A DNA stretch of 64,000 bases, from assembly GCA_041491005.1 (NCBI GenBank), contig JBGPUE010000005.1, forward strand, positions 1,165 through 65,164. The letters are read 5' to 3'. This DNA comes from Candidatus Binataceae bacterium (GTDB lineage: Bacteria > Desulfobacterota > Binatia > Binatales > Binataceae). A program made the position numbers and the translations under genes. The notes beneath the pieces are model-generated. The model searched no databases, was not told where the DNA came from, and saw nothing but the letters and a program-made list of their open reading frames with translations. Below, in pieces: positions 48,200 through 57,454 of this stretch (the first letter of the stretch is position 1; every line of letters begins with the position of its first letter).

Positions 48200-48963
48200 C
48201 AGTGGAAGAGGGCGTGACTCTGGTGGTCGGATTAGGGGAAGTCGGTGGTGCGCTGGCTGAAATCCTGGAGCGCAAGGGACCAGTCGCACGCCACGATATC
48301 CAGCCGGTCCAGATTCCAGGGCCGATCAACGTGATGCACATCTGCTTCCCATTTAAGGATGTACGCCAATTCGAGAGTCTGTCGCTCTCCTACATCCGCC
48401 GTTTCAATCCCTCGCTGGTGATCATCAACAGCACAGTGACGCCGGGCACGACGCGCGCGATCGCGCGATCCAGCGGCGCCGCGGTCGCGTACTCGCCGGT
48501 ACGCGGCAAGCACGTCAAGATGGTCGAAGATCTTTTGCATTACGATAAATTCGTCGCGGCGCCTGACGCCGAGACGGCGCGGCGCGCTGAAGAGCATCTC
48601 CGGGCGCATGGGCTCAAGACCCGCCACGTCGCGAAGCCCGAGACGCTGGAACTGGCCAAGCTCGCCGAGACTACCTATTTCGGCGTGCTGATCGCCTATG
48701 CGCAGGAGCTCAACCGGTATTGCGAGCAGGTTGGCGCTGACTATTCCGAAGCGATCAAGTTCTTCGAAGAGGTGCAATTCTTCCCGCGCTCGGAGTACTT
48801 TCCGGGCTTCATCGGCGGGCATTGCGTGATGCCCAACATCGAGATCCTGCTCAAGATCCTGCCGGCGCCGTTGCTCAATGCCGTGGTCGATTCCAACCAA
48901 CGGCGTAGCGCGGAGCTCGAGGCCCAGTCACCGCCCAGGAAGGTTTCCAACGCCAAGCCGTGA
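48196..48963 (+). CDS. Short UDP-glucose/GDP-mannose dehydrogenase-family protein (NAD-binding plus central domain only; no C-terminal UDP-binding domain)
   Basis: It has a Rossmann N-terminus LVVGLGEVGGALAEIL, a central-domain helix ETLELAKLAETTYFGVLIAYAQELNRYCEQVGADYSEAIKFFEE and FIGGHCVMPNIEIL (cf. the GGSC catalytic-Cys motif). It ends at 255 aa. Confidence 0.4.
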   Translation: MTVEEGVTLVVGLGEVGGALAEILERKGPVARHDIQPVQIPGPINVMHICFPFKDVRQFESLSLSYIRRFNPSLVIINSTVTPGTTRAIARSSGAAVAYSPVRGKHVKMVEDLLHYDKFVAAPDAETARRAEEHLRAHGLKTRHVAKPETLELAKLAETTYFGVLIAYAQELNRYCEQVGADYSEAIKFFEEVQFFPRSEYFPGFIGGHCVMPNIEILLKILPAPLLNAVVDSNQRRSAELEAQSPPRKVSNAKP

Positions 48964-50360
48964 CCTACCTAACCAAGGGTGACGCCTGGCTGCTGAGCGA
49001 TCGGCGGCAGGGGAGTTCGTCATCCGCCGCATACCAATTCGCCCGGCTACGTGGGCTGGCCACGCATGAAGTCGATCTTGCGGCAGGCGGGGTTCCCTGT
49101 CTTCAAGGGGGACGGCGAACGCTCGTCGCGCTGGGCCTGGAATTGCTGTCGCATCTTCCACCCGCCCATCTGCAGATTCTAAACAGCGCAGTCCGCGACG
49201 GCGCCACGCTTTACCTCCGTGGAGGGCAGCCCGGCCATCGCGTGTCGCTCGAGCCGTTTTGCAAAACGAATCTGGAGCTCGTCGATGGCCGTGGCACACG
49301 GGATTTTCGCCTCGCCGCGCATCGGCTGGTGCCAAGGGCGCTAGCCGAGGAACGCTTCACCGGCGTGGTCGGCCTGATCAGCGCCGCGGCGTCCCCACCG
49401 GAGCTCGAGCCGCTCGCCTTCGTGATCGATCCGGACGGACGCGAGCGCCCGTTCCTGTTCGCCCTCGAGCTGGGCAGCGGCGCCGTGATCGTTGATTTGA
49501 TGCCGAATCGCGCGGCGGGCGATCCCCGGATGCCAATTGAGTGGCGGATGGCCGACTCAGCCTTGCTCGCATACGACCTTGGCGCGCTAATCGCCGTTGA
49601 TCGCGCCGCCGGCCGCGACCAGGCGCATTTGCCACCGATGAATGTGGTTATCGATGATCGCCCGATCAGTTACGACTACGGTAACGCTGGCCGGCTCCGC
49701 CGATGGCTGGAGCACATGAAGCGGATTTGTCCGGCGGTGCATGTCGACTTCGCGTGGATCCCGGATCAACTCCATCCCAGCCGCAGCTATGTCCAAACGC
49801 TGAAAGATTTCGACGCAGGCTTCATCTGGCACGGACTGCGCCGCCATGTGGACCATCGCACGCTCACCGAATTCGATCGCGAGCTCGCGCAAGGCGAAAC
49901 GATGGTGCGCCGGATCAGCAAAAGCTTCGGCGTGAAAATTCAGCGCGTGATGGTGTTCCCGTTCGAGCGGGCCAACTATCGCGCGCTCAAGGCGCTCAAG
50001 GACGGCAGCTTCAAGACATGCCTGGAGAGTTCCGATCCTTGTCCGCGGCTTGAGGGCTGCGCGATGCTGGGTTTCATGCGCGATTCTACGGCGCTCCACG
50101 ATTCATACGCCGGGGTCTTTCCGATGCTGCGACGCTATTCGGGAAAATCGCTGACCCGTCGGTGGATGCTGGCGAAGACGGCGCTGGGCCTGCCGCTAAT
50201 CGTCGCCGGCCATCCGCATGATATCGGTCTGCGCCGGTTGTCGGCGCTGCGCAATGGCGGATCGCCGGGCTACTTCGATTCGACGCTGCAATTCGCGGCG
50301 GAGAAGGGGATGCAGGGGCGGCCGCTCGAGGCTATTGCCGACGAGTACATAAGAGAATGA
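48960..50360 (+). CDS. Hypothetical protein of the EPS locus (466 aa, no signal peptide recognised)
   Basis: The ORF is long and clean, with a 4-bp overlap with the upstream gene. No family was recognised; it may be a deacetylase-like fold (PMNVVIDDRPISYDYGN ... VDFAWIPDQ). This is speculative. Confidence 0.4.
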   Translation: MTYLTKGDAWLLSDRRQGSSSSAAYQFARLRGLATHEVDLAAGGVPCLQGGRRTLVALGLELLSHLPPAHLQILNSAVRDGATLYLRGGQPGHRVSLEPFCKTNLELVDGRGTRDFRLAAHRLVPRALAEERFTGVVGLISAAASPPELEPLAFVIDPDGRERPFLFALELGSGAVIVDLMPNRAAGDPRMPIEWRMADSALLAYDLGALIAVDRAAGRDQAHLPPMNVVIDDRPISYDYGNAGRLRRWLEHMKRICPAVHVDFAWIPDQLHPSRSYVQTLKDFDAGFIWHGLRRHVDHRTLTEFDRELAQGETMVRRISKSFGVKIQRVMVFPFERANYRALKALKDGSFKTCLESSDPCPRLEGCAMLGFMRDSTALHDSYAGVFPMLRRYSGKSLTRRWMLAKTALGLPLIVAGHPHDIGLRRLSALRNGGSPGYFDSTLQFAAEKGMQGRPLEAIADEYIRE

Positions 50361-50408
50361 ACCCGCGCCTCGACTTGGATTCAAGCGCAAAGCGAATGGA
50401 GATCTCCG

Positions 50409-51866
50409 GTGTTCGCTGCTGAAGAGCGCCTCAACCAGCGCAGCCCCACGATGGGCATCATGCCGATCGTGGGGATCGCGGTGGTCATGTTCGCGATGCT
50501 CGTCGCGAGCACCTCGCCGCGTTCGGCGCTGATCATTGTCGTCCCCGTGGGCGCGGCCACGCTCCTGTGGCTGGTACGCTACACGGCCCTTAATCGGCAA
50601 TGGCTGATCACGGCGTTGCTGCTTAACGAAATGCTGTTGTCCAGTGGCCTGCTGCCGATCGCTGAGGATCAGCGCCCGATGCTGCGCTATCCGCTGACTT
50701 TCATGTTCTGCCTGCCCATTCTCATCCCGGTATTGCGATCCGGCGTCCTCCTCAAGGGTGGGTTCAAGTACTATGCGCTTTATCTCGCGTGGTGTTTCGT
50801 GAGCGTCGGCTATTCGCTCCTGCCGGTCTATTCCGCCGGCCGCGCTATCGGATCGACGCTCCTGTTTATGGCATGCGCATCGATGGTCGTGGAGGTTGAG
50901 GATCGCGATAGCGGGCAGCGGCTGATCCGGAACTATTTCATCGGCGGCGCCATCGTGATGGCGCTCACCGCGGCTGTTTTCGTCTGGCTGCCACGCACCA
51001 TGACCTGGTCGCAGCCTCAGCTGTGGGACGATACGCGCTCCTTCCTGTCGCGTTTCCAGGGAATCTTCGGCACCCCCAATCAGATGGGTGAGGCGATGCT
51101 GGCCACGGTTGGCGCTGGATTGGCTTTCTGGCCTTCGGCCAATCGCAACTGGCGCCGCGTAATCGGCGTTACGGTTGCAGCAGCATTCGTCTTCGAAGGA
51201 TTGGCCGACTCACGCTCCTCGTTCCTCGCGATCATGATGGGCATCGTGACCTACCTGGTATGGCGCTACCGGGCGCGCGGCCTGCTTATCTGCATGGGAC
51301 TGGGTGCGATGCTCGCGCTGGCCGCCACCATGATCGATCCGGACTACATCACACGCGGCGACATCGGCACGCTTACCGGCCGCTCGGAGGTCTGGGACTT
51401 TTCCATCCGCAGCATCAAGGATCACCCTATACTCGGCTTCGGCTACGAGGTCGAAGGTCAAATCCTGAAGAGCAAGTACTTCTCCTCTTGGGCGTTGCTG
51501 TGGGACGAGGGACCGCGCTCCTCACTACACAACGGCTATATCGCGCGTATGGTCGGTGTCGGGGTGCCAGCCTTCCTGTTCTGGTGCTGGCTGTTCTTTC
51601 GCTCATGGATCTGGCTATTCAGGCAGCAGGAAGATCCTTGGAACCTCAAGCCGATTGCTTTGCTGATTATGATCCCGCTGGTGATCCTCAACATGAGCGA
51701 GAGCACAGCGATGGATGGGCGCGCCTCGGTCGGCCTGTTGGGCCTGCTGATCTGGTGCCTGATCGAGAAATATCGTGTTGCCGCCACTGAGGCGGAGGCG
51801 ATTCGCCGGATCGCTGAACCGGCCTACAGACCGCCAGTGATCGCGGCGCTTCGCGGCGCTTCCTGA
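50409..51866 (+). CDS. O-antigen ligase/polymerase-family membrane protein (Wzy-like)
   Basis: It has about 10-12 TM helices, a large loop with LADSRSSFLAIMMGI, and a downstream HNGYIARMVGVG, the conserved Arg and His-Asn motifs of the Wzy_C domain. Confidence 0.65.
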   Translation: MFAAEERLNQRSPTMGIMPIVGIAVVMFAMLVASTSPRSALIIVVPVGAATLLWLVRYTALNRQWLITALLLNEMLLSSGLLPIAEDQRPMLRYPLTFMFCLPILIPVLRSGVLLKGGFKYYALYLAWCFVSVGYSLLPVYSAGRAIGSTLLFMACASMVVEVEDRDSGQRLIRNYFIGGAIVMALTAAVFVWLPRTMTWSQPQLWDDTRSFLSRFQGIFGTPNQMGEAMLATVGAGLAFWPSANRNWRRVIGVTVAAAFVFEGLADSRSSFLAIMMGIVTYLVWRYRARGLLICMGLGAMLALAATMIDPDYITRGDIGTLTGRSEVWDFSIRSIKDHPILGFGYEVEGQILKSKYFSSWALLWDEGPRSSLHNGYIARMVGVGVPAFLFWCWLFFRSWIWLFRQQEDPWNLKPIALLIMIPLVILNMSESTAMDGRASVGLLGLLIWCLIEKYRVAATEAEAIRRIAEPAYRPPVIAALRGAS

Positions 51867-51877
51867 CACGACGGACA

Positions 51878-53371
51878 ATGCCGGCCCTCTTTCGTATCGT
51901 TGCCTTCGCATCGCTGGCCGAGCTTGCCGCAGTGGTTATCGCAGGGCGCGGCATCGGAGCGGGAGGGTTCGTCTCAGTCGCTTCCAGAGCCAGCGCCGCG
52001 CAAATTGACGGGCGCAGCATCTTCGTCGATCCGGCCGGAGACGATTCCAACGACGGCGCCAGCCCCGCCCATCCGTGGCGAACGATCGCGAAGGTCAACG
52101 CCGCTGCATTGGGCGCCGGTGACACGATCCGGTTCAAGCGCGGCGGACTGTGGCGCGAGACCCTGGAGCCGCATGGCAGCGGCGCGCCCGGCCGTCCGAT
52201 AACCTTCACCGTCTATGGCAGCGGACGGGCACCAATCATCTCGGGCGCTGACGCGGTCACCGGATGGACCGCATTCAGAGACGGCGCCCGGTTTTCGGCT
52301 GCGCTGGCCAAGCAGCCCAACAACGTCTACCTCGATGATTTGCTCGATTGGGGGCTCGGCCCAGCCGCTTCGCCGGACGCGATGCAACCCGGAAGCTGGT
52401 GCTGGCAGGCGGGCACTCTTTATGCGCGGCTCGCCGACGGGTCCAATCCCGCAGCGCATTTGATCGAAGCCGCCGTGCGCCCGTACGGCACACATACGGT
52501 CGACAAGAGCTACATCGTATTCGATGGGCTGTGGGTGCGGCGTACCGCCGGATGGGGAGTCTTCTTCTATTCGGACACCTCGCCCGAACAGAGCACCGAC
52601 ATCGTGATTCGCAATTGCATCGTCACCCAGACCGGTACCGGGACGCTCGATGACGGGCGCTACTACAACGCGATTCACGTTTCGCGCGCCGCGGCGCCCC
52701 GCTACGAGAACAACACGATCTCGTACTCGGGCGGGCATGGCAACGCGATCAATTCGCAACTCGCTGACGGCGCGGTGATCGCCGGCAATCGCGCCGACCA
52801 CTTCAACCATCACGGCTTCGATGTCAAGAATTCGCAGTCGGTGCTGGTGCGCGGCAACATCGCGCACGATTCGAATGAGGCCAACGGCATCTACTGCGAA
52901 CACACGCGCGCGATGCGGGTCGAAAACAACATCGTCTACAACCTCACCGCGTCGGCCAGCGGCCGCGGCTCGGGCGTGCAGATAGATGACGGCTCCTCTG
53001 ATGCGCGCATCTTCAACAACTCCGTTTTCAACGTATTGACCGGGATCTACCTGACCGTGGCCGGCACGGTGGCGATGAACAACGCGATCAGCCAGGCCCG
53101 CTACGCGCTCAGAACCAGCGCAGGCGGCATCTTCGACTACAACGATTGGGGCGCGGGAGCGCGCATCTACTTCAACGGCACTGAATACAATCTCGGCCAG
53201 TGGCGCGCCCTCGCCGGTCACGATCACGACATCGGAGCCGATCCGATGTGGGCCGGGCCACAAACCGGCGATTTCCGGCTGCTGCCGGGCTCCCCCTGTA
53301 TCGGAGCAGCTACCAACACCGGCACCCCGTTCAAGAGCGGTTCGCATGATCTGGGCGCGAAATCGCCCTAG
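51878..53371 (+). CDS. Secreted right-handed parallel beta-helix repeat protein (pectin-lyase fold; possible polysaccharide lyase/hydrolase)
   Basis: It has an N-terminal hydrophobic segment and repeated NxxIxxN / HGxxxNS-type coils (IRNCIVTQTG, NNTISYSGGHGNAINS, GNIAHDSNEANGIYCE, NNIVYNL, NNSVFNV). Confidence 0.7.
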   Translation: MPALFRIVAFASLAELAAVVIAGRGIGAGGFVSVASRASAAQIDGRSIFVDPAGDDSNDGASPAHPWRTIAKVNAAALGAGDTIRFKRGGLWRETLEPHGSGAPGRPITFTVYGSGRAPIISGADAVTGWTAFRDGARFSAALAKQPNNVYLDDLLDWGLGPAASPDAMQPGSWCWQAGTLYARLADGSNPAAHLIEAAVRPYGTHTVDKSYIVFDGLWVRRTAGWGVFFYSDTSPEQSTDIVIRNCIVTQTGTGTLDDGRYYNAIHVSRAAAPRYENNTISYSGGHGNAINSQLADGAVIAGNRADHFNHHGFDVKNSQSVLVRGNIAHDSNEANGIYCEHTRAMRVENNIVYNLTASASGRGSGVQIDDGSSDARIFNNSVFNVLTGIYLTVAGTVAMNNAISQARYALRTSAGGIFDYNDWGAGARIYFNGTEYNLGQWRALAGHDHDIGADPMWAGPQTGDFRLLPGSPCIGAATNTGTPFKSGSHDLGAKSP

Positions 53372-53379
53372 CATTCCCC

Positions 53380-53567
53380 TGATTCGCGAAGCTGTCGACT
53401 TTGATACGTTTTTCCGTTGTAAGGCGGGCAGTTCTACGCTAAGCTCTACAAGACTTAGCTAAAATCAACTAAACAGAGACGAAATGACCACAATTGAGAC
53501 GAGACCTCCGACAGTAGTTGCTGTCTAGCCTGCAATAAGAAAGACCTCCAGGGAGTTTTAAAGCACT
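53380..53567. promoter_or_regulatory. AT-rich upstream island of the large secreted-protein gene carrying AGCTAA-type motifs
   Basis: It reads ttgatacgtttttccgttgtaagg ... ctacgctaagctctacaagacttagctaaaatcaactaaacagagacgaaatgacc. There is a GC drop relative to the flanks. Confidence 0.3.
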
Positions 53568-56500
53568 GTGACGGCGAGCCGAATCGGAACCACGCGAACA
53601 GTCGGAGCATTGCTGTTTACATTTCTGCTCGCTATGGCCTTCGTCGCGGGCGAAGCGCTGCGCGCAGTCTCAGCGCAGAACCCCACCCAGATTGAGAATG
53701 CGCGCCCCGGGACGACGGACTGGGATCTTGGCAATGCCGCCACCAATAAGGAGATTTCAGGCTACGCGTCGCTGGCCAGCGTCAATCGCGGCGGGCAGAT
53801 CAAGCTCTACGTCCGCACGACCGCTCCCAGCTACACGATCGATATCTTTCGCGCCGGTTGGTATGCGGGTCTTGGCGGCCGTCATGTCTTCGGTCCCATC
53901 GCAAAGACCAGCGTAACCCAGATCATCCCGACTCCGGATCCGACCACCGGATACCTCGAATGCAATTGGTCCGATCCGTACGTCTTGACCACCACCAATC
54001 CGAGCGATTCGACTGACTGGCCCAGCGGAATCTATCTGGCCAAGCTCACCGCCTCGACCGGGAAGCAGAGCTACATCGTGTTCGTCGTGCGCGACGACTC
54101 GCGCACTTCCGACGTCCTGTTTCAGTCGAGCGTCAGCACATACCAAGCATACAACGCGTGGGGCGGAAAGTCGCTCTACGATTACAACAGCAACGGCGGC
54201 GTCCCGGCGATCAAAGTCTCCTACAATCGTCCCTACGACGACGGCAATGGCTCTGGCCAGTTCCTGAGCTACGAGTTCAATACTCTCGGCTTTCTCGAGC
54301 AGCAGGGTTACGACGTCAGCTACACGACCAACATCGAGACCCACAACAACGTGCTGTCTCTGTTCGGCCACAAGGCGTTCCTATCCACCGGGCACGATGA
54401 GTACTACTCCTACGAGATGCGCACGAATGTCACGTTCGCGCGTGACTCCGGAATCCCCATCGCGTTCCTCGGCGCAAATGTCTGCTACTGGCAAATTCGG
54501 CTCGAGGCGAGCCCGCTAACCGGCGACCTCTACCGTACCGAGGTCTGCTACAAGGACCTGTGGCCGCAGGACCCGATGGCGGCCAATCCGTCGACCTACT
54601 ACCTGATCACGGGGCGCTGGCGCGACACTCATCTCACCCGAGCTGGTCAGCCCGAAGACGCGCTGGTCGGCGTGATGTACAACGAGTTTCAGCCGGTCGA
54701 CGCCGACCTCGTGATCGCAAACGCTTCGCATTGGCTCTTCAACGGCACCGGACTTACCAACGGCTCGCACCTGACCAAACTACTCGGCTACGAGGCGGAC
54801 CGGATCTACGGCAACGCGCCGTCCAATATCGTCGACCTTGCGCATTCCACCTATCAGCTCAGCGGAACTCAGGTCTCCGACATGACCATCTACACCGCGC
54901 CCAGCGGTGCATTGGTGTTCGCGACCGGATCGCATGAATGGGCCGACGGGCTCAGCAACGTCAGTCCATGGAGCGCGAGTCCATCGCGTGTGAACGCGGC
55001 GGCTCAGCAGGTCACGCGCAATCTGCTGAACCAGTTCCTGAGCACGTCGGCGACACCGACAGCTTCGGCGAGCACCACGGCTACGCCGAGCGCGACGGCG
55101 ACCGCAACCGCTACATCCACCGCTACCGCAAGCGTTACTGCGACAGCGACCGCTACGCCCACCGCAACATCGACGGCTACAGCGACAGCCACCGCCACCG
55201 GCTCGGCGGTTGCGACGCCGACACCTACCGCGACGCTTACGGCGACTGCGACCGCAACAGCCACCGCGACCGCTACGCCTACTTCGACGCCTGGGCCGCC
55301 CGGCGTTATCGCGCTGCGCGGCATAGGCACCGGTAGCACTTCAACTGGCAGTGACCACGTGACGATTACGGTGCCAACCGGAGTGCAGGCAGGTGACGTC
55401 ATGATCGCCCAAGTCGCGGTGCGCGGCGGGACCAGCACCACGATCACGCTCCCTGCAGGATGGGCTCTGGTACGGCGCGACAACTCCGCGGGTACGATCG
55501 CACAGGGCGTCTACCAGCATCTGGTGCCGGCGTCTCCAGCCGAGCCCGCTTCGTACACGTTCAACTTCACCTCGGGCAATGACGCCGCCGGTGGTATCGC
55601 GGCCTACAGCGGCGTCGATACGGTGGTGATCGTCGATGCCAGTGGCGGACAAGGCAACGCCAGCTCGACGGCGGTCACCGCGCCTTCGATCACTGTGCCG
55701 GCCGGACACAACGCTGACCGGGTGCTCGGGTTGTTCACGGTGCCCAACGGCAACACGATCACTGTCCCTGCGGGGACCACGCAGCGCTGGAGTTTCCGCG
55801 CGATCGGGTTCGGGATCGGAATCGCGATGTCGGATGTTGCGCTGAGTAGCAGCGGTCCGACCGGCAATCTGGTTGCGACGGCGGCCACTGCAGGAGCGAA
55901 TATCGGCCAACAGGTTGCGTTGGTGCCGGCGGCGGCCGCGAGTACGTCTACCCCAACGTCGACCTCGACGCCTACGGCGACTCCGACCAATACGCCGACT
56001 GCCACGGCTACCGCGACAGCGACGCCGACGGCTACCGCGACGGCGACTCCGACCAGTACGCCGACTGCCACGGCTACCGCTACCGCCACAGCGACGCCGA
56101 CGGCAACATCAACGGCGACGGCAACGGCCTCCCCGACGGCGACATCGACCGTCACGCCGACGGCGACACCGACCGTCACGCCGACTGCGACGGCCACCGC
56201 CACTGTGACGCCAACCGCTACCGCGACGGCGACACCCACCGCGACGGCAACTGCAACCGCTACCGCGACGGCGACACCCACCGCGACGGCAACTGCAACG
56301 CTTACCGCAACTGCTACCGCGACGCCGACGGTAGTGCCAACTCCGACCGCGACGCCAACGGCGACCCTAACCGTGACGCCGACTGCTACAACCACGCCGA
56401 CACCGTCAGCGACTCCGACCGCTGGCGCCATCACATTGCGCAACGTAGGCACGGGCAGCACGTCCGCGGTGAGTGATCACGTGACCGTCAACGTGCCAGC

Positions 56501-57056
56501 CGGCGTGCAGCCCGGCGACGCAATGATTGCGCAGATCGCCGTGCGCGGTGGAACCGGCACGACCATCACGACGCCGGCGGGATGGACCCTTGTGCTTCGA
56601 ACAGACAGAGCGGGCAACATCGGGCAGGCTGTCTACCGGCGCATAGTGCCGGCGTCACCAGCCGAGCCTGCGACCTATACATGGAACTTTACCGCGGGTA
56701 ACGATGCCGCGGGTGGTATCGCAGCCTACAGCGGCGTCAGCCAAGTCACGCCTGTCGACGCCAGCGGCGGCCAGGGGAACGCGAGCTCAACCAGCATCAC
56801 GTCGCCGTCCATCACGGTCCCGGCGGGCCATACGGCCGATAAGCTGCTGGGATTGTTCACCGTGACGACCAACGCCATCACCGTTCCGGCGGGCACGACG
56901 CAGCGATGGAGTTTCCATGCGGTCGGCTTCGGAATTACGGTCGCGATGTCTGACAAGCCGCTGACTGTGGCTGGCGCGACGGGGACACTGGTCGCGGTCG
57001 CGGGAACAACTGGCGCGAACGTCGGTCAGCAAGTCGCGCTAACCCCGGGTCCATAG
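53568..57056 (+). CDS. Large secreted protein (1162 aa): N-terminal ~470-aa globular domain (possibly DmfA2-like), then two tandem copies of a ~215-aa domain each preceded by a Thr/Ala/Pro-rich linker
   Basis: It has a GTG start with a signal peptide ([26 protein letters not shown]). The N-domain has [16 protein letters not shown] and [13 protein letters not shown]. Copy 1 ([43 protein letters not shown]...) and copy 2 ([43 protein letters not shown]...) are ~75% identical. Confidence 0.7.
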   Translation: MTASRIGTTRTVGALLFTFLLAMAFVAGEALRAVSAQNPTQIENARPGTTDWDLGNAATNKEISGYASLASVNRGGQIKLYVRTTAPSYTIDIFRAGWYAGLGGRHVFGPIAKTSVTQIIPTPDPTTGYLECNWSDPYVLTTTNPSDSTDWPSGIYLAKLTASTGKQSYIVFVVRDDSRTSDVLFQSSVSTYQAYNAWGGKSLYDYNSNGGVPAIKVSYNRPYDDGNGSGQFLSYEFNTLGFLEQQGYDVSYTTNIETHNNVLSLFGHKAFLSTGHDEYYSYEMRTNVTFARDSGIPIAFLGANVCYWQIRLEASPLTGDLYRTEVCYKDLWPQDPMAANPSTYYLITGRWRDTHLTRAGQPEDALVGVMYNEFQPVDADLVIANASHWLFNGTGLTNGSHLTKLLGYEADRIYGNAPSNIVDLAHSTYQLSGTQVSDMTIYTAPSGALVFATGSHEWADGLSNVSPWSASPSRVNAAAQQVTRNLLNQFLSTSATPTASASTTATPSATATATATSTATASVTATATATPTATSTATATATATGSAVATPTPTATLTATATATATATATPTSTPGPPGVIALRGIGTGSTSTGSDHVTITVPTGVQAGDVMIAQVAVRGGTSTTITLPAGWALVRRDNSAGTIAQGVYQHLVPASPAEPASYTFNFTSGNDAAGGIAAYSGVDTVVIVDASGGQGNASSTAVTAPSITVPAGHNADRVLGLFTVPNGNTITVPAGTTQRWSFRAIGFGIGIAMSDVALSSSGPTGNLVATAATAGANIGQQVALVPAAAASTSTPTSTSTPTATPTNTPTATATATATPTATATATPTSTPTATATATATATPTATSTATATASPTATSTVTPTATPTVTPTATATATVTPTATATATPTATATATATATATPTATATATLTATATATPTVVPTPTATPTATLTVTPTATTTPTPSATPTAGAITLRNVGTGSTSAVSDHVTVNVPAGVQPGDAMIAQIAVRGGTGTTITTPAGWTLVLRTDRAGNIGQAVYRRIVPASPAEPATYTWNFTAGNDAAGGIAAYSGVSQVTPVDASGGQGNASSTSITSPSITVPAGHTADKLLGLFTVTTNAITVPAGTTQRWSFHAVGFGITVAMSDKPLTVAGATGTLVAVAGTTGANVGQQVALTPGP
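55055..55305. repeat. Low-complexity (ACN GCN)-type tandem repeats encoding Thr/Ala/Pro linker 1
   Basis: It encodes [52 protein letters not shown]... The nucleotide-level periodicity is visible (acggcgaccgcaaccgctaca...). Confidence 0.6.
55925..56430. repeat. Low-complexity tandem repeats encoding Thr/Ala/Pro linker 2 (~170 aa)
   Basis: It encodes [93 protein letters not shown]... There are many near-identical 6-18 nt units. Confidence 0.6.
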
Positions 57057-57075
57057 CGCGGCGAAGATTCGATCA

Positions 57076-57115
57076 ACGCTGAAGCGGCGCGCTGGAGCAT
57101 CCGGCGCGCCGCTTT
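57076..57115 (+). terminator. Intrinsic terminator candidate after the large secreted-protein gene
   Basis: It is a GC stem of 9-10 bp with a loop, followed by tttcgtgttc (aagcggcgcgctggagcatccggcgcgccgctttcgtgttc). Confidence 0.5.
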
Positions 57116-57149
57116 CGTGTTCTCCGAGACCGTCGATTCCGATCGCTTG

Positions 57150-57210
57150 AAAAAACAACAGCCCGGCCGCGAGAGCATCGCGTGCCGGGCTGCGTCGGGA
57201 AATGTTTGGG
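57150..57210 (-). terminator. Intrinsic terminator candidate for the minus-strand HTH gene
   Basis: On the minus strand: cagcccggcacgcgatgctctcgcggccgggctg followed by TTGTTTTTTCA. Confidence 0.5.
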
Positions 57211-57217
57211 CTAGTTC

Positions 57218-57454
57218 CTAGTTGCCCTGTTCGGCTGGCTCGCTGCTGCCGTTAACCCGGCAGCGCTCCAAGAAGCCCTCGATATCGTTGCGCCGAAAGC
57301 GCATCGCCCGCCCAATGGAATGGCACGTGAGTTCGCCCCTGCGCACCATCCGATAGACGGTCATTTGAGTGATCTGGAGCAGACTGGCGAGTTGCTTGAC
57401 GGTATAAAACTCATGCCCACCCATCCCACTCACATCTTCAGAAATGCTTCCCAT
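57218..57454 (-). CDS. Small helix-turn-helix DNA-binding protein (excisionase/MerR-like HTH family)
   Basis: It carries YTVKQLASLLQITQMTVYRMVRRGELTCHSIGRAMRFRRNDIEGFL, which matches the excisionase-family HTH pattern. A strong RBS GAGGAGG lies 5 nt upstream of the ATG chosen (MGSISED...). Confidence 0.55.
   Translation of the reverse strand: MGSISEDVSGMGGHEFYTVKQLASLLQITQMTVYRMVRRGELTCHSIGRAMRFRRNDIEGFLERCRVNGSSEPAEQGN

Noticed and set aside
50409-51866. Possibility that the 485-aa polytopic membrane protein is the missing exosortase (XrtA)
   Set aside because: It carries the Arg-containing loop (ADSRSSFLA) and the His-Asn motif (SLHNGYIARM) of Wzy_C/O-antigen-ligase proteins. I could not find the exosortase Cys/Arg/Asn catalytic arrangement or an EpsI-like C-terminal domain. 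A profile search should confirm.
51974-56461. Minus-strand ORFs 51974..53374, 55004..55483 and 55604..56461
   Set aside because: They are antisense to the beta-helix protein and to the Thr/Ala/Pro linker repeats of the large secreted protein. The Val/Ala/Gly repeats are simply the reverse-complement reading of ACN/GCN codons.
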